The notes under the pieces: generated by a model
Seen by the model: the letters and a program-made list of their open reading frames with translations, nothing else
The model's database searches: none
What the model was told of the DNA's origin: nothing
Translations under genes and position numbers: made by a program
Source of the DNA: the human T2T-CHM13v2.0 reference genome, Homo sapiens
Strand: one strand, 5' to 3'
DNA length: 64,000 bases
Assembly (NCBI RefSeq): GCF_009914755.1
Contig: NC_060927.1
Shown here: one piece after another, positions 1 to 14,921 of the stretch
Layout of the letters: each line of letters starts with the position of its first letter
How positions within the stretch are numbered: position 1 is the stretch's first letter

Positions 1-557
1 AGTCAAGCAAAAGTAGAGAAGTCAAGAGCAAAGGTCATGGCAGCAGCTTTTTGAAATGTGTAGAGGTTTTGCTTGTTGACTTTGTGAAGGGCCAAACAAC
101 AATGATATCTACTTATTATGAGAGTATGTTGAGAAAGTTAGCCAAAGCTTTAGCAGAAAAACTTCCAGGAAAGCTTCATCTAAGAGTCGTACTTTACCAC
201 AACAAAGATCCTGCTCTTTCCTCTCATCACAGAAGGGCAATTTTGTAAGTGTTTCAATGGAAAATCATTAGGCATCCACCTTACAGTCCAGATTTGTCTC
301 TTAATTCTTTTTATTTCCCAATCTTAAAAATCTTTAATGGGCATCCATTTTTTAGTTAATAATGTAAAAATTACTGAATTGACATGATTAAATTCCCAGT
401 ATCCTCAGTTCTTTAGCAATTGATGAAAATGACTGGTTTCATTGGTTACAAAAGTGTTTTGAACTGGATGCAGTTTATATTGAGCAATAAAGTTTCTATT
501 TTTAAATTTTTGTCATTTTATTCCATTTTTTAACAAACTTTTTGAAGTACCCTTGCA
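1..557 (+). mobile_element. Hsmar2 (HSMAR2) mariner DNA transposon, 3' half (cut by window edge), transposase pseudogene
   Basis: Degenerate mariner transposase motifs (KVMA.., LLVDF, YYESMLRKLAKALAEK, HPPYSPDL at ~274-297); ends in TIR-like AACTTTTTGAAGTACCCTTGCA; homologous to 60335-60887. Confidence 0.9.
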
Positions 558-839
558 TGTATCTGGGTGTATGTATGTATGTATATATGAATATATATAT
601 GCGAGTACATCTGCATTCATACCTATAGATACATGCACACCATAGGCTGAATATATGTAATGTTGTTTTCTCCAGATGGTTTCAGAACAGGGAGAACTAA
701 TATAAAAGGTATTTAAGATTTTGGAAGTGTTGAATGAAACATATTTTGTGTTTTTGAGAAATAGAGCTAAATAATAAATCTCAAGAAGAATTCAAAGTTA
801 TATTTTAACTTTAGATGAATGAACAAAGATGCAAATGTT

Positions 840-942
840 TACTATAACTTTGAGAACACTAGCTTTGTTTGTTAGTTTAGTACTAACTTTGAGAACTAAA
901 GTTGTCTACTATAACTTTGAGAACACTACAAATTTGAGAACA
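840..942. repeat. Four imperfect direct copies of (TACTAT)AACTTTGAGAAC(ACTA)
   Basis: Copies at ~840-861, 881-896, 906-928, 931-942, read directly. Confidence 0.85.
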
Positions 943-1852
943 AATTGTATGCTTTGTGTATAAATATATGCTTTAATGCACATTTGAAATGTACTCTAGA
1001 AGTCTGGTTCTAGTTCAACTAAATATCATTTAAAATATAACTTTTGCACATATTATATAGTCTGTATTTTAGGCGTAAATTCAGGAGTACAAACGATGAT
1101 ACTGAGGCATACTGATTTCCTGCATCTTGTAAGTAAACTTTGAAGTCAATAAGCAAAATAACTAACAAAATTACTCCCTTTGTCAATCTGGGGAATATTA
1201 GTTTTACCTTCACTTCTAGAAAATGAGACCATCTCATAAACAACAAAGACAAACTTTTTTACACATAAAACACACTCATACTGGTGGGGAGAAAAATAAA
1301 TCAATCTGGTACATTTGTTGATGTGTGAAAATATTTCTCTTCTCTGTATCCATCTAAATGAAAGCATGATTTAAATAGATTTTAACTGCTACACTGTCAC
1401 CTATTTTTCTATACTATTTTCATTCAACAAAAGTCAAATATTAATCTGAGTTTAATATTTGCATCCACATGATTTAGATGAATCAAATATTAGAATATGT
1501 CTTTTTCCTTATGATAAATCTCACCTAGGGAATTTATGCCATTTACTTTTAACAAGTATCAGTTCACTGAAAGACATCAGCACAGAAGTACTTTTGATAT
1601 TTAACTTTAAGTTTTATTATTTTTACATTTTTAAATGTTTTTATTGAACTATGCATACATAAACAAGATGCAGGTAATCAGTATGCTTCAGTATCGTTGT
1701 TTGTACTCCTGAATTTATGCCTAAAATACAGACTATATAATATGTCCAAAAGTTATATTTTAAATGATATTTAGTTGAACTAGAACTTGACTTCTTGAGT
1801 ATATTTCAAATGTGAATTAAAGCATAGATTTATACACAAAGCATACAATGTG
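941..1852. repeat. 190-bp inverted repeat (arms 941-1130 and 1663-1852; 532-bp spacer)
   Basis: Manual reverse-complement alignment: ungapped, 13 mismatches in 190 bp. Confidence 0.95.
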
Positions 1853-2120
1853 CCTAACATTAAATACACATTTAATAAGAAATAATAATAAAGATGCAGT
1901 TGACAGATCATAAGACATCATAGAGACATTGGTGACAATGTCTCTGTATTTTTGGCTTTAAATAAAAAGCAAGTTTAAAATTTATTTTCAGATATTTTCA
2001 CAAGTAATGTACATTAATCAATTATTTCTTTCAACATTTATAATTCTTAGGAAGAATAAGAAGAGAAAATATTTTTAAAAATAGCATTTGTATTAAGATA
2101 CAGTAAATATTTTGTTCTTG

Positions 2121-2895
2121 CCTGGTGGGAAGTGATTTAATCATAGGGTCAAACTTCCTCCTTGGTGTTCTTATCCTAGAGTTATCACAAGATTTGATTT
2201 GGGAGCTTCTGCCGAGATTTCAGAGAATGCATGGAAACACTTGGACATCCAGGAAGAAGTTTGCTGCAGGGGCAGAACCCTCATGGAGAACCTCTACTAG
2301 GGCAGTGCTGAGGGGAAATGTGGGATTGGATGCCCCACACAGAATCCCAACTGGGTTAGTGCCTAGTGACACTGCGAGAAGGGGGCCACCGTCCTCCAGA
2401 CCCCAGAGTGGTAGATCCACCAACAGCTTGCCAAAAGCCACAGGCACTCAACGTCAGTCCTTGAGAACAGCCATGGGAACTGAGACCAGCAGAGCCACAG
2501 GGACAGGGCTGCCCACTCCTTCTGTAAGTGTGGTCTGAATGTAAGACATGGAGTCCAAAGAGAGGATGTTGGAGCCTTAAGATTCAATTACTGACTTCCT
2601 GGGTTTTAGACTTGCACGGGGCCTGTATCCCCTTTATTTGGCCAATTTTTTCCTTTTGGAATGGGAGCATTTAGCCAATACCTGTACCCCCATTGTATCT
2701 TGCAGGTAACTAACTAATTTTTGATCTCACAGGCTCATAAGTAGAAGGGACTTGCCTGGTCTTAGATGAGACTTTGGACTTGATCTTTTGAGTTAATGCT
2801 GAAATGAGTTAAGACTTTGGAGGACTGTTGGGAAGGCATGATTGTGCTTTGAAATGTGAGAAGGAGATGTAATTTGGAAGGGACCAGGGGTAGAA
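2121..2895 (+). mobile_element. MaLR (MSTA-type) 5' LTR fragment fused to the 3' part of the internal region
   Basis: 2121-2198 resembles the LTR at 2967-3045; then typical MST/THE1-int sequence (AGATTTCAGAGAATGCATGGAAAC...GAAGTTTGCTGCAGGGGC), ending in the purine tract GGAAGGGACCAGGGGTAGAA. Confidence 0.85.
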
Positions 2896-3303
2896 TGATA
2901 TGGTTTGTCTCTGTGTCCTCATCTAAATCTTATGTTGAATTGTAATTCCCAGTGTTGGAGGAGAGGCCTGGTGAGAGGTGATTGAATCATGGGGGCAGAC
3001 TTCCTTTTTGTTGTTCTCTTGATAGAGTTCTCAGGAGATTTGGTTGTTTGAAAGTGTGTAGCATCTCCCCGTTCACTCCCTCCCTCTCCTACTCCAGGCA
3101 TGTAGGGCAGGCTGGCTTCCTCTTTGCTGTCTGCCATGATTCTAAGTTTCCTGAGGCCTCCCCAGCCATGCTTCCTGTACAGTCTGCAGAACGGTGAGCC
3201 AATTAAACCTCTTTTATTGATAAACCACCCAGTCTCAGGTAATTCTTTATGGCAATGTGAGAATAGACTAATTGTATAATGTATTATGGAATAGACTAAT
3301 ACA
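2896..3303 (+). mobile_element. MSTA-type MaLR 3' LTR
   Basis: Starts TGATATGGTTTG, contains GAGCCAATTAAACCTC poly(A) region, ends GACTAATACA. Confidence 0.9.
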
Positions 3304-4590
3304 GGAGTGATTCATTTTATAATGTATTGTTTATGTGGAAACATGAAGCAAATGATTGAGAAAGAAAATATTTTATAATTAAGATAACTTCATTGTATAA
3401 TAGAACTTGGGTCTGTAATCTGACGGATGTGATTTTATCCCAACCCTTTATCTTATATGCTGTGAAACTGTTAACAGATAACTTTTCCTTTATCAAACTA
3501 TAGTATCATGTAAATTTGGAAGAATAATATCTTTTGTGGAAAACATAACATTCTTGGTATTTTGCTTTACCTACATATAAAACAACCCAAAATATTTTTG
3601 TTATTTACTATCATTACCTTTAATAGACCTATTATTATTGTAGCATTCTAATTCTGGTCTTAAATTATCTGTGGCTGTTTTTGTAATTTAGAATTAGACT
3701 GGAAAAGTCATATTATATACAAAAGAAGCTAAATCTGCATCATAGAATATATTGTTTAAAGTTATTAATATACTTCCTGTTGAAGTTATACTTTCAAGAG
3801 GGTAGGAATAATATAATGCAGAATTTTTTAAAATTAAAGGAATATCTTGACTGAGAACTATAGAGATCCACAAATGCCACCAATTTTTTAGTTTATGCTA
3901 TTTATCTATCTGCAACTGAAACTGAACTATTTCTACGTTTATCCAAAAGTGCTTTTATTTTTATTGTTTATTGTTATGACCTGGAGTTAGCTTCCTAGCA
4001 ATGTCAAAACATTCAAAATATACATTCACTTACCTTCCCAATTAAAGTAATCAAAATAAAATAAAGAGGTTGACTTTTTAGATAAGAAAGGAGGTTTTGT
4101 AGTACTTGTTTAAATTTTAAGTTCCACCAGACTTCTGGTAGTTTTGAAATGTCCTAGAATTAGATAAGTAAAACACAGCTCGCACTGTGACTCTATTAGC
4201 ATCATTGAATGAAAACAACACAGGACCAGATGAACAGAGGGAAAATAACTGATGGAAAAATGTGGAATTTGAAGAAGAGTAAACAGTTTATCACTAGTAC
4301 TTACACATGTATTGTATGACTGAGTGAAGAAAAAAGTAGCTGAACATAGCTTTTTTCTATTTTATTTTATTTTTTACTCTCATATATAGTGATTATGAAG
4401 AGAAATACTTGTAAGTTAAGTTATATACCTAATTCAGGTAGTCCTGAACATATATGTTGTTTTTATATGATCTCAGAAGGCATACACACATAGAATTAAG
4501 TAATACTAACTTATCTTACATTGAGGTTCCCTCCACTTAACCACATCACATTGTAAGATGAAGAAGACAAAGCTAGCAATTAAAATAGAA

Positions 4591-4593
<3 letters not shown>

Positions 4594-4637
<44 letters not shown>

Positions 4638-4641
4638 GTAT
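4594..4641. repeat. Compound (TG)n(TA)n microsatellite
   Basis: Direct reading. Confidence 0.95.
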
Positions 4642-4834
4642 GAACATTATATTCTAATGTTCATACCCAATACATGATCCTAAGAGTAAAAGCTATACTT
4701 CACAAACATTTGGGATTGTAAATGTCTATACCTGACCTTACAAACTGTATTGAAACAATAAAACACATCAATATATTAAAATATAGATTTCATCAAACTA
4801 CATTAATAGGATGTTGAACAATACAAGATAGTCT

Positions 4835-5333
4835 TTTGACCACTGTATGGCCACATAAGAGTGGCCTTGGGCTTGGAACATTTCCCTGCAAAGACATAAA
4901 GAGCCCTCAGAGCCTGTGTTGGGTATATAAACTTGTTTGAGCATATCTTTTCTCTATTCAGGGCTTGATGTGTACTTCTTTGTTCTGCTGAAGCACCCTA
5001 GGGTTCTCAGGTATACTTCCAGCTCTGTATTTCAGACCTGACTCTGAAAAGGTTGAGGTCCTTCTTTCATACTTCTTTCATACACACCACAAAAAAGACT
5101 TCATTGGCTGTTTATGATAGTCATTGGTCATGGGAACCAACATCCACTACTGAAGCTGATCTTGCTGTGTCTCTTCTCTATACCAATGAAGCATTATTCC
5201 ATCCATCGCCTGTGTGAATATGATTCTTCTTGGGACTCTGAACTATGAAGTGTGCTGACATCTTGCAACTGCTGCTCCTAGTGGAGTAGGACCACTTTCC
5301 AGAATTTGTTAGCAGGTGTCATTTGCTGACACA
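4835..5333 (+). mobile_element. Probable old ERV solo LTR (MER73/MER74-like, tentative)
   Basis: ~500-bp island of higher GC with LTR-like wording (GTACTTCTTTGTTCTGCT; AATGAAGCATTATTCCATCCA), ending ...ACA; family from memory only. Confidence 0.4.
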
Positions 5334-5391
5334 AATCTTATAAATATGTGTGGTGTTCAACCAGAAACACTTTGAAGAAGACACATGGTTC

Positions 5392-6313
5392 TTTTAAATT
5401 TATTTTTTATAATTTCAACTTTTATTTTAGATGCAGGGGGTACATATGCAGATTTGTTACATGAGAATATTGTGTGATGCTGAGAATTGGAGTACAGATC
5501 CTGTCACCCAGTTAGTGAGCATAGTATCCAGTAGATAGATTTTCAACCCAGACCCCTCCCTCCCCCATCTAGTAGTCCACAGTGTCCATTTTTTCCATAT
5601 TTATGTCCATGTGTGCTCAATGTTTAGCTCTCACTCATAAAGTAGAACATGCAGTATTGTCTTTTCTGTTCCTGCATTAATTTGCTTAGAATTATGGCCT
5701 CCAGCTTCATCCACATTGCTGCAAAGGACATGATTTTTTTATGGCTGTATACTATGCCATGGTGTATGTGTACAAAATTTTCTTTATCCAATCTACCATT
5801 GATGGACACCTAGGCTGATATCATGTTGTTGCTATTGTGAATAGTGCTGCAATGGACATATTGGTGAATGTGTTTTTTCTGTTTTTGTTTGCTAGAATAA
5901 TTTACTTTTCTTTAGGTATATAGACAGTAATGGGATTGCTGAGCCAAATGGTAGCTCCATTTTAAGTTCTTTGAGAAATCTCCAGACTATTTTCCAAAGT
6001 GGCTGGGCTAATTTACATTCCCACCAACAGTGTATAAATGTTCCCTTCTTTCTGCAGCCTTGCTGGCATCTTTTATTTATTTATTTATTTTAATAATTAC
6101 CATTCTGACTGGTGTGAGAAAGCATTTCATTGTGGTTTTGATTGGCATTTCTCTGATGATTATTGGCCACATGTATGTCTTTCTTTGAGAAGTATCTGTT
6201 CTTGTCCATTGTCCATTTTGTAATGGAGTTATTTGATTTTTGCTTTTTGATTTGTGTAAGTTACCTATAGATTCTGGATTTTAGGCATTTGTCAGAAACT
6301 TAGTTTGCAAATA
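5392..6313 (-). mobile_element. L1PA (older, ~L1PA13-16) 3' end
   Basis: T-rich tail then CAACTTTTATTTTAGATGCAGGGGGTACATATGCAG 3' UTR; ORF 5624-5809 gives ORF2 C-terminus (MSFAAMWMKLEAIILSKL). Confidence 0.9.
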
Positions 6314-7230
6314 CATAACTTGTTTATTTTAGAATAACTTCTGAATTTATTATTATTTGAACCAAGCCTAAAAATGTGATACATGAACATAGTTCATGTT
6401 CCTAGAAAATAATTTCATCAATTTATATATATAATGTAATTAAGTAATTGTATACATTTAATATAATTAATATAAATAAATTAATGAAAATAAATATTAT
6501 ATTAATATTAATATTTTCTAATTAGTCCACTTAAAATTAAACCTGCATTTTACACATTGTAAAAATAACATTCTCTATTCATGATTTAGATATATATTAG
6601 AGATAAAAAATAATTTGCCTGATTTTTTCATTAGAAATAACAGTTTAAAAATAGTGAAACTACAAATAATTGAAATTCTCAACTTATTACTTTTTTTGAC
6701 ATGCATTCAGTTATTCAGTGCCTGTTAAGAATCTTGGAAAATAATGAAGGCAAATTTAAGTCAATCAATTTGTTTAAAGGAAATATAAAAGAAGAAAATT
6801 AAACATAAATTAGCCTTACATTCATCATTCCAATAATTATAGAATTCTGGAACTATTGTTTTAAATAAGGTAGAGATTTGCATGGTGTAGCCAAATTTCC
6901 TTTAACTGGTCCTGAGTTCAGAAAATTTGATATGACATAAGAATAATGAGAAAAATACAAATAATGAAGCCATGCTCATCAGATTCAATTATAATTTCTG
7001 TATTTTAGGTGATTTTATAACTCTCTGCATTTATTCTGCAGTTCATTACTTTCCCTATGGTTATTTTATCTGTTCTGATACTTGGAAAATGTTTGACACA
7101 ATTTTGTTTATTATTAATATTTAGTAATTATAATAATTTCAGTATATAATAGTATATGCCTAACATGTAAAATAAATTATATCTCATGAAGCATACTAAG
7201 AATAAAAACTATACATCTTGAAAACAGATA

Positions 7231-7419
7231 TTTTTTATTATACTTTAAGTTCTGGGATACATGTGCAGAATGTGCAGGTTTGTTACACAGGTATACACGT
7301 GCCATGGTGGTTTGCTGCACCCATCAACCCGTCATCTACATTAGGTATTTCTCCAAATGCTGTCCATCCCCTAGTCCTCCACCTCATGACAGGCCCTGGT
7401 ATGTGATGTTCCTCTCCCT
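7231..7419 (-). mobile_element. Short 5'-truncated L1PA (~L1PA7) 3' UTR
   Basis: TTATTATACTTTAAGTTCTGGGATACATGTGCAGAATGTGCAGG is the canonical L1PA 3' end. Confidence 0.9.
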
Positions 7420-7786
7420 AAAAATTTATTCTTAGTTCACATTCTTGTTGTATACATCTAATTGTCAGTGAAAAAAATTGGAAATAAAATGTGATAAAAC
7501 ACTTACACCTACAGTTGCTCATTTGGGAATTACCACCACAAGGAAAACTATCAATTCTTATGAAGTAAATTATCTGTGGCTAATTTGTTGACCCATTCTT
7601 TTCCAAACAGAAGATAAAACATTGTATTCAACCTATCAGTTAGTTATCAAGAGAAAGTAAAACTATTATTTTAGAGGCAATTACATGTTGGAGAAATAAG
7701 CAGTCTGTGTTTGTTCATTTTTGCATACAATTCCACTTAAAACACTAGATATAAATCGGAATATCTTTCAAATTCTTAGTTGAGAA

Positions 7787-8073
7787 AAATGGCTAAAATT
7801 TTGCATATTTCCAAGCACTTATTAAACCTAATGTTTTTCAAATATAGTAAGGTTAGCAAATTGTTTCTCTCTACATCAAGATATAGATGAATCATCTTGT
7901 GAAAAATGTAAAATGATGGGTGTATTTATTGTTGCTTGCTTTCCTTGGAATATAGATTTTGTTTCAATTCGTTTCTAAATCTTAATGTAGAGAGCAACAA
8001 TTTGCCAACCTTACTACATTTGAAAGCATTAGATTTAACAAGTGCTTGGAAATATGCAAAATGTTGGCCATTT
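7787..8073. repeat. ~100-bp inverted repeat (arms 7787-7887 and 7974-8073; 86-bp spacer)
   Basis: Manual alignment: 10 mismatches and one 1-bp gap. Confidence 0.95.
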
Positions 8074-8253
8074 AAATCCTTTTTAATTTAATCTCTATAT
8101 AGGCCTTTCTGTGTGTTTTGCCTCAGAAAACTGATAAACTGCACAAAGAACAATAAAATGGTTGAATCAGTTCTGCATTTCCAAGATCCAGTATCTCAGG
8201 AGAAAATGAAAAGATTAGGGAGCAGATTAACCTCAGTCAACAAGACCTAGAAA

Positions 8254-8827
8254 TGTTAACAGGAGGAGTACCGGGTCCTGGGTTCTCATCTTGGAGGAAT
8301 ATATTCAACCAAGATGCACGGCAAGGGTTAAAAAGCAGCAAAGATTATTTAAAGTGACAGTATGCTCTGAAAGTCAAGGCAGAGCATGCTGCTTGAGAGA
8401 ATGAGCCAGCCCCAACTAGTCCTGGGCAAACCCTCTTTATGAGAATCTTACATGATTATTCATGAAAGCGTGTGAGGGGGTGTTGCTTGCAAGCATGTTT
8501 CCAGTGGTCCCTCGGGCACACATGTGCTGTGGTTGTGTATGCTGGTACACATATTGCATGTCTCATTAGCATTTAAAATTTTCACCCAGGGCTATGTTTT
8601 GTACTATTATAATGAGTAAAAGGCTACTCTAGAGTGAGTGAGTTTTTGGAAGAATGTGCATGCTTGTCAGGATGAAGAGTCACTACTACAGTTTTCTCAG
8701 GCTAGGGCCAGATGAGCCCAATCCACGAGGAGAAGTGAGGACATAAGCCATTGTATTTTGCTGATTGTGAGTGGGTAGCCTCTCCAAGGATTCCTGCTCA
8801 TTGCAGGCTATCTGCCTACTTTTAACG
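8254..8827 (-). mobile_element. ERV1 solo LTR (MER66/MER50-like)
   Basis: TGTTAAC...TTTAACG termini with 4-bp TSD GAAA (8250-8253, 8828-8831); minus-strand start GTTAAAAGTAGGCAGATAGCC..ATGAGCAGG resembles this group. Confidence 0.7.
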
Positions 8828-10106
8828 GAAAGTCCTGCGGGGTTTTCAGACTTTTAGCATTGTATAGAAGAAGCAGAATAATGTATTTGTTTTGTGTTTT
8901 GAGGTTCCTAAGCTGAAACTTAGAAATAGGCTTTGTATACTTTTTCATGTGTGTTTTGGCCATTTGTATGTCTTCTTAGGAAAAAATGTATTTTCAGGTG
9001 TTTTTTTTCATTTTTTAATTAGGTTATTTGTTGTTTTACTATTGAGTTATACAAGTTTCTTATATATTTTGAATGTTTGCCTCTTATCACACATATGGTT
9101 AATATTTTCTCACATTCTGTAGGTTACCTTTTCATTTTGTTGAGCTGTGCAGAAGCTGTGTAGTTTGTTGTAGTTCTACCCTTTTATTTTTGTTTGTATT
9201 GCCTGTGTTTTTGGTGTCATATCTAAAATCTCCTTGTCAAGACCAATGTCTTGTAGATTTTTTCCTATATTTTATTCTAGGAATTTTACAGTTTCAGGTT
9301 TTTTTGTTTAAGTCTTTAATATATTTTGAGCTGATTTTTATGTATGTTGTATGATAAGGATATACTCTTATATCTTTGGAGGTGGATGACCAGTTGTCCC
9401 AACACCATTTATTAAAAAGACTATCCTTTCCTTAATGAGTATTCTTGGCACTCTTCTTAAATATCTATTGACTATATATGCCTAGGTTTATTTCTGGACT
9501 TTTAATTCTATTTTATTGTCTATGTGTCTGTTTTTATGCCAGCACCATACTCTTTGGATTCCTATAGTTTTGTAATATAATTTGAAATCAAGAACTGTGA
9601 TGGCTCCAGCTTTGTTTATCTTGCTCAACATTGATTTAATTATTTGGTGTCTTTTGTGGTTTCATATGAATTTTAGGATTTTTTAATTACTCTGAAAAAT
9701 GCCAATGAACAGTTGATATGTATTGCACTGAATCTACAAATTGTTATGGTAGTATGAACATTTAGACAATATTGACTCTTAAAATCCGTGAGCATGAAAT
9801 ATCTTTCTATTTATTTATATCTTATTCACTTTCTTATAGTTTTCAGTGTACAGATTTTTCATCTTGCTTAAATTAATTCTTTTTTTTTTTTTTCTTTTTT
9901 TATTATACTTTAGGTTTTAGGGTACATGTGCACACTGTGCAGGTTAGTTACATATGTATACATGTGCCATGCTGGTGCGCTGCACCCACTAACTCGTCAT
10001 CTAGCATTAGGTATATCTCCCAATGCTATCCCTCCCCCCTCCCCCCACCCCACCACAGTCCCCAGAGTGTGATATTCCCCTTCCTGTGTCCATGTGATCT
10101 CATTGT

Positions 10107-12286
<2,180 letters not shown>

Positions 12287-12742
12287 TTTTATTCATATTT
12301 TATTCTTTTTGATGATATTGTAAATGGGCTTGTTTTTTCAATTTTTTTGACAATTTGTTGTTATGTATAGAAACACCACTGATTTTTTGTATGTTGACTT
12401 TATATTCTGGAACATTAATAATTCATTTATTAGTTCTAATAGCTGTTAGGTTTAGTCTTTTAGGTTTTCTATTTGTAAGATTTTGTCATATGGACACAGA
12501 AGCAAAACGTCTTCCTTTGTTATTTTTATTGCTTTCAATTATTTTATTACTTCTTCTTGCCTAATTGTTCTGTCGAGGACTTCCAATACTATGTTGAATA
12601 GAAGTAAAGAGAGTGGACATTCTTGTCCTTGGTCTTAGAGAAAAAAAGCTTTCAACTTTTTGCTAGTGAGTATGATGTTAGATGTTTCCTTACCAGATAT
12701 TGCCTTTGTCATGTTATTATATTCTTTCTATATCTAATTTGT

Positions 12743-13477
12743 CTAACCATCAGATAAATATAAATCAAAAGCACAATAAGACATCACCTCACACTTGTTA
12801 GCAAGGCTATATCCAAAAGTCAAAGTAGATCTCGTGGAGATGTGGAGAAAAGGAAACTCTTGTACATTATTGGTGGAAAAGTAGATTGACGCAGTCCTTA
12901 GGGAAAACAATATGGAAGATTTTCTAAAACTAAAAAGTTAGAACTGTCATATGATCCAGAATCTCCACTTTTCGGTATATATCTAAAGGAAATGAAATTA
13001 GTATGTTCAAGAGATATCTGTACTCCAATGTTCATTGCTACATTAGTAACAATCATCAAATATGGAAACAACCTAAGTGTCCATCCATGGACCAATGAAT
13101 AAAGAAAATGTGAATATATGCATACGCATGCTCACACACACACACACACACATACACACACACACACACACACACGAATATTACCTAGGCTTCAAAAAGA
13201 AGGATATCCATCATTTGGGCCAACATGGATGAATCTGAAGTGTACCATGCTAAGTGAAATAAGCCAGATACAGAAAGACAAATTCTGCATAATCCTACTT
13301 ATATTTAGAATATAGAAAAGATTTATAGAGGTGTAGTTGGCAAATAAAATTATATATACCTTTAAAGTATAAAACATCATGTTTGGATATATCTGTACAT
13401 TCTGAAATAGCAAAATCAAGTTAATTAACATATTTATCACCTCACATACTTACAGAGATTAGAAGTGTAGTTACCAT
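12743..13477 (+). mobile_element. Old L1M ORF2 C-terminus/3' UTR (non-inverted part of element starting at 8933), with (CA)n and a short antisense L1MA 3' end at ~13320-13452
   Basis: AATCAAAAGCACAATAAGACATCACCTCAC, ACATGGATGAATCTGAAG..ATGCTAAGTGAAATAAGCCAG; inset ends TTAACATATTTATCACCTCACATACTTA. Confidence 0.8.
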
Positions 13478-14921
13478 GGGCACCCTCACAGATACATCCA
13501 GGATCACAAACCGAGGATCAATACTTTGCATTCTTCAATCCAACCAAGTTGAAACTCAATATCAACCATCACAAGTCTACCCCTTATCAAATTAAACATC
13601 TACTGAGATTATACATAATCTTGAAATAAAGACAATAATAAGGTCATAATTATGCCTAATATAATACAACTATTCATCCTACAATGGGAAACACGCCAAT
13701 CCCCAACTCAAATGCTAAAACCAACACTTAAATTCTGATATGAAGTCAATTAATCTTATGTCACATGATAAAGGAAAAAAGGAAAAAAGTTTCTTCAGAA
13801 TCTACAAGCTCAGTGTCCCCAGCTTCATCAGGGTCCTCCCACACATCCCCATTCCAAGTTGCAGGCTCCCATTCTTTTCCAATCAATGCCTTCACATTAA
13901 CAGTAGACACCTGCTGAGGCTCTGTATGCACCTTTCATTGCAGGTCAGCCACTCACATGATAAGAGCCTGTGTCTGATTATCCACACTTTCAGCTCTTTT
14001 TCTACAAGAGATAAGACTCACTCATGGCAATATTAGCAGATCTGAGGCTCAGTATCTGCTTCTGAAGCTGGGAGTTAGAATCCTAAGTTCATTTTCTTTC
14101 AACACTTTGTCCAGCGAACTTAGGAGCAACCAACCAACTTCATTATGTTTCTTGGTTCTCCACATATGGTCAAAGGTATTATGTATAGAGTCACTAAACT
14201 CCTTGCCTCTCACAAGGGGTGAATCAAGAGTGTCCAATGCATTTATTTTGCATAACTCTCCAAACAGTTCATGCCAAAGACTCTCAGTGTTCTCCATATT
14301 GTTAGATGTAGAGTCCTTAGCATTTTAGGGTCTAATCACATTAAGCAGCCAACTTCAGAAACCCCCAAACCAACAAAAGGACTCCATCCTTAATATTCTG
14401 TTCCTCTAGAAACACTCTTTGTATTAAAATCAGTATTAGGATTCTCTAGAGGGACAGAACTAATAGGACATATATATGAGTTTATTAATATGTTATATAT
14501 TAATATAAATGAGTATATTATTATGATATATATATATGAGTTTATTAAGGAATATTAACTCACAGGATCACAAGATCCAACAATAAGCCATCTGCAAGCT
14601 GAGGAACAAGAAAGTCAGCCCAAGTCCCAAAGCTGAAGCGCTTGGAGTCTGATGTTTGAGGGCAAGAAGCATTCAGCACAGGAGGAAGATGTAGGCTGGA
14701 AGGCTAAGCTAGTCTAGTCTTTTCCCATTCTTCAGTCTGCTTTTTATTCCACCTGCACTGGCATATGATTAGATTGTGCTGACCCAGATTAAGGGTGGAT
14801 CTGTCTTTCCCAGTCCACTGACTCAAACGTTAATCTTGGCAACACCCTCACAAACATACCCAGGAACAATACTTTGCAACCTTCAATCCAATCGGTTTGA
14901 CACTCAGTATTAACCATCACA
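13478..14921 (-). mobile_element. Heavily deleted HERV-L provirus: MLT2A 5' LTR (~14431-14921), leader/gag start, internal 3' end, partial 3' LTR (13478-13572)
   Basis: Two copies of ...CTTCAATCCAA..AACCATCACA (LTR start on minus strand); MLT2A body; gag relic between them. Confidence 0.88.
14049..14297 (-). pseudogene. HERV-L gag N-terminal relic
   Basis: MENTESLWHELFGELCKINALDTLDSPLVRGKEFSDSIHNTFDHMWRTK resembles ERV-L Gag; lies just downstream of the MLT2A LTR. Confidence 0.8.

Noticed and set aside
840-942. Repeat-spacer pattern resembling a mini CRISPR array
   Set aside because: Units and spacers are irregular and too short, there are no cas genes, and the context is primate.
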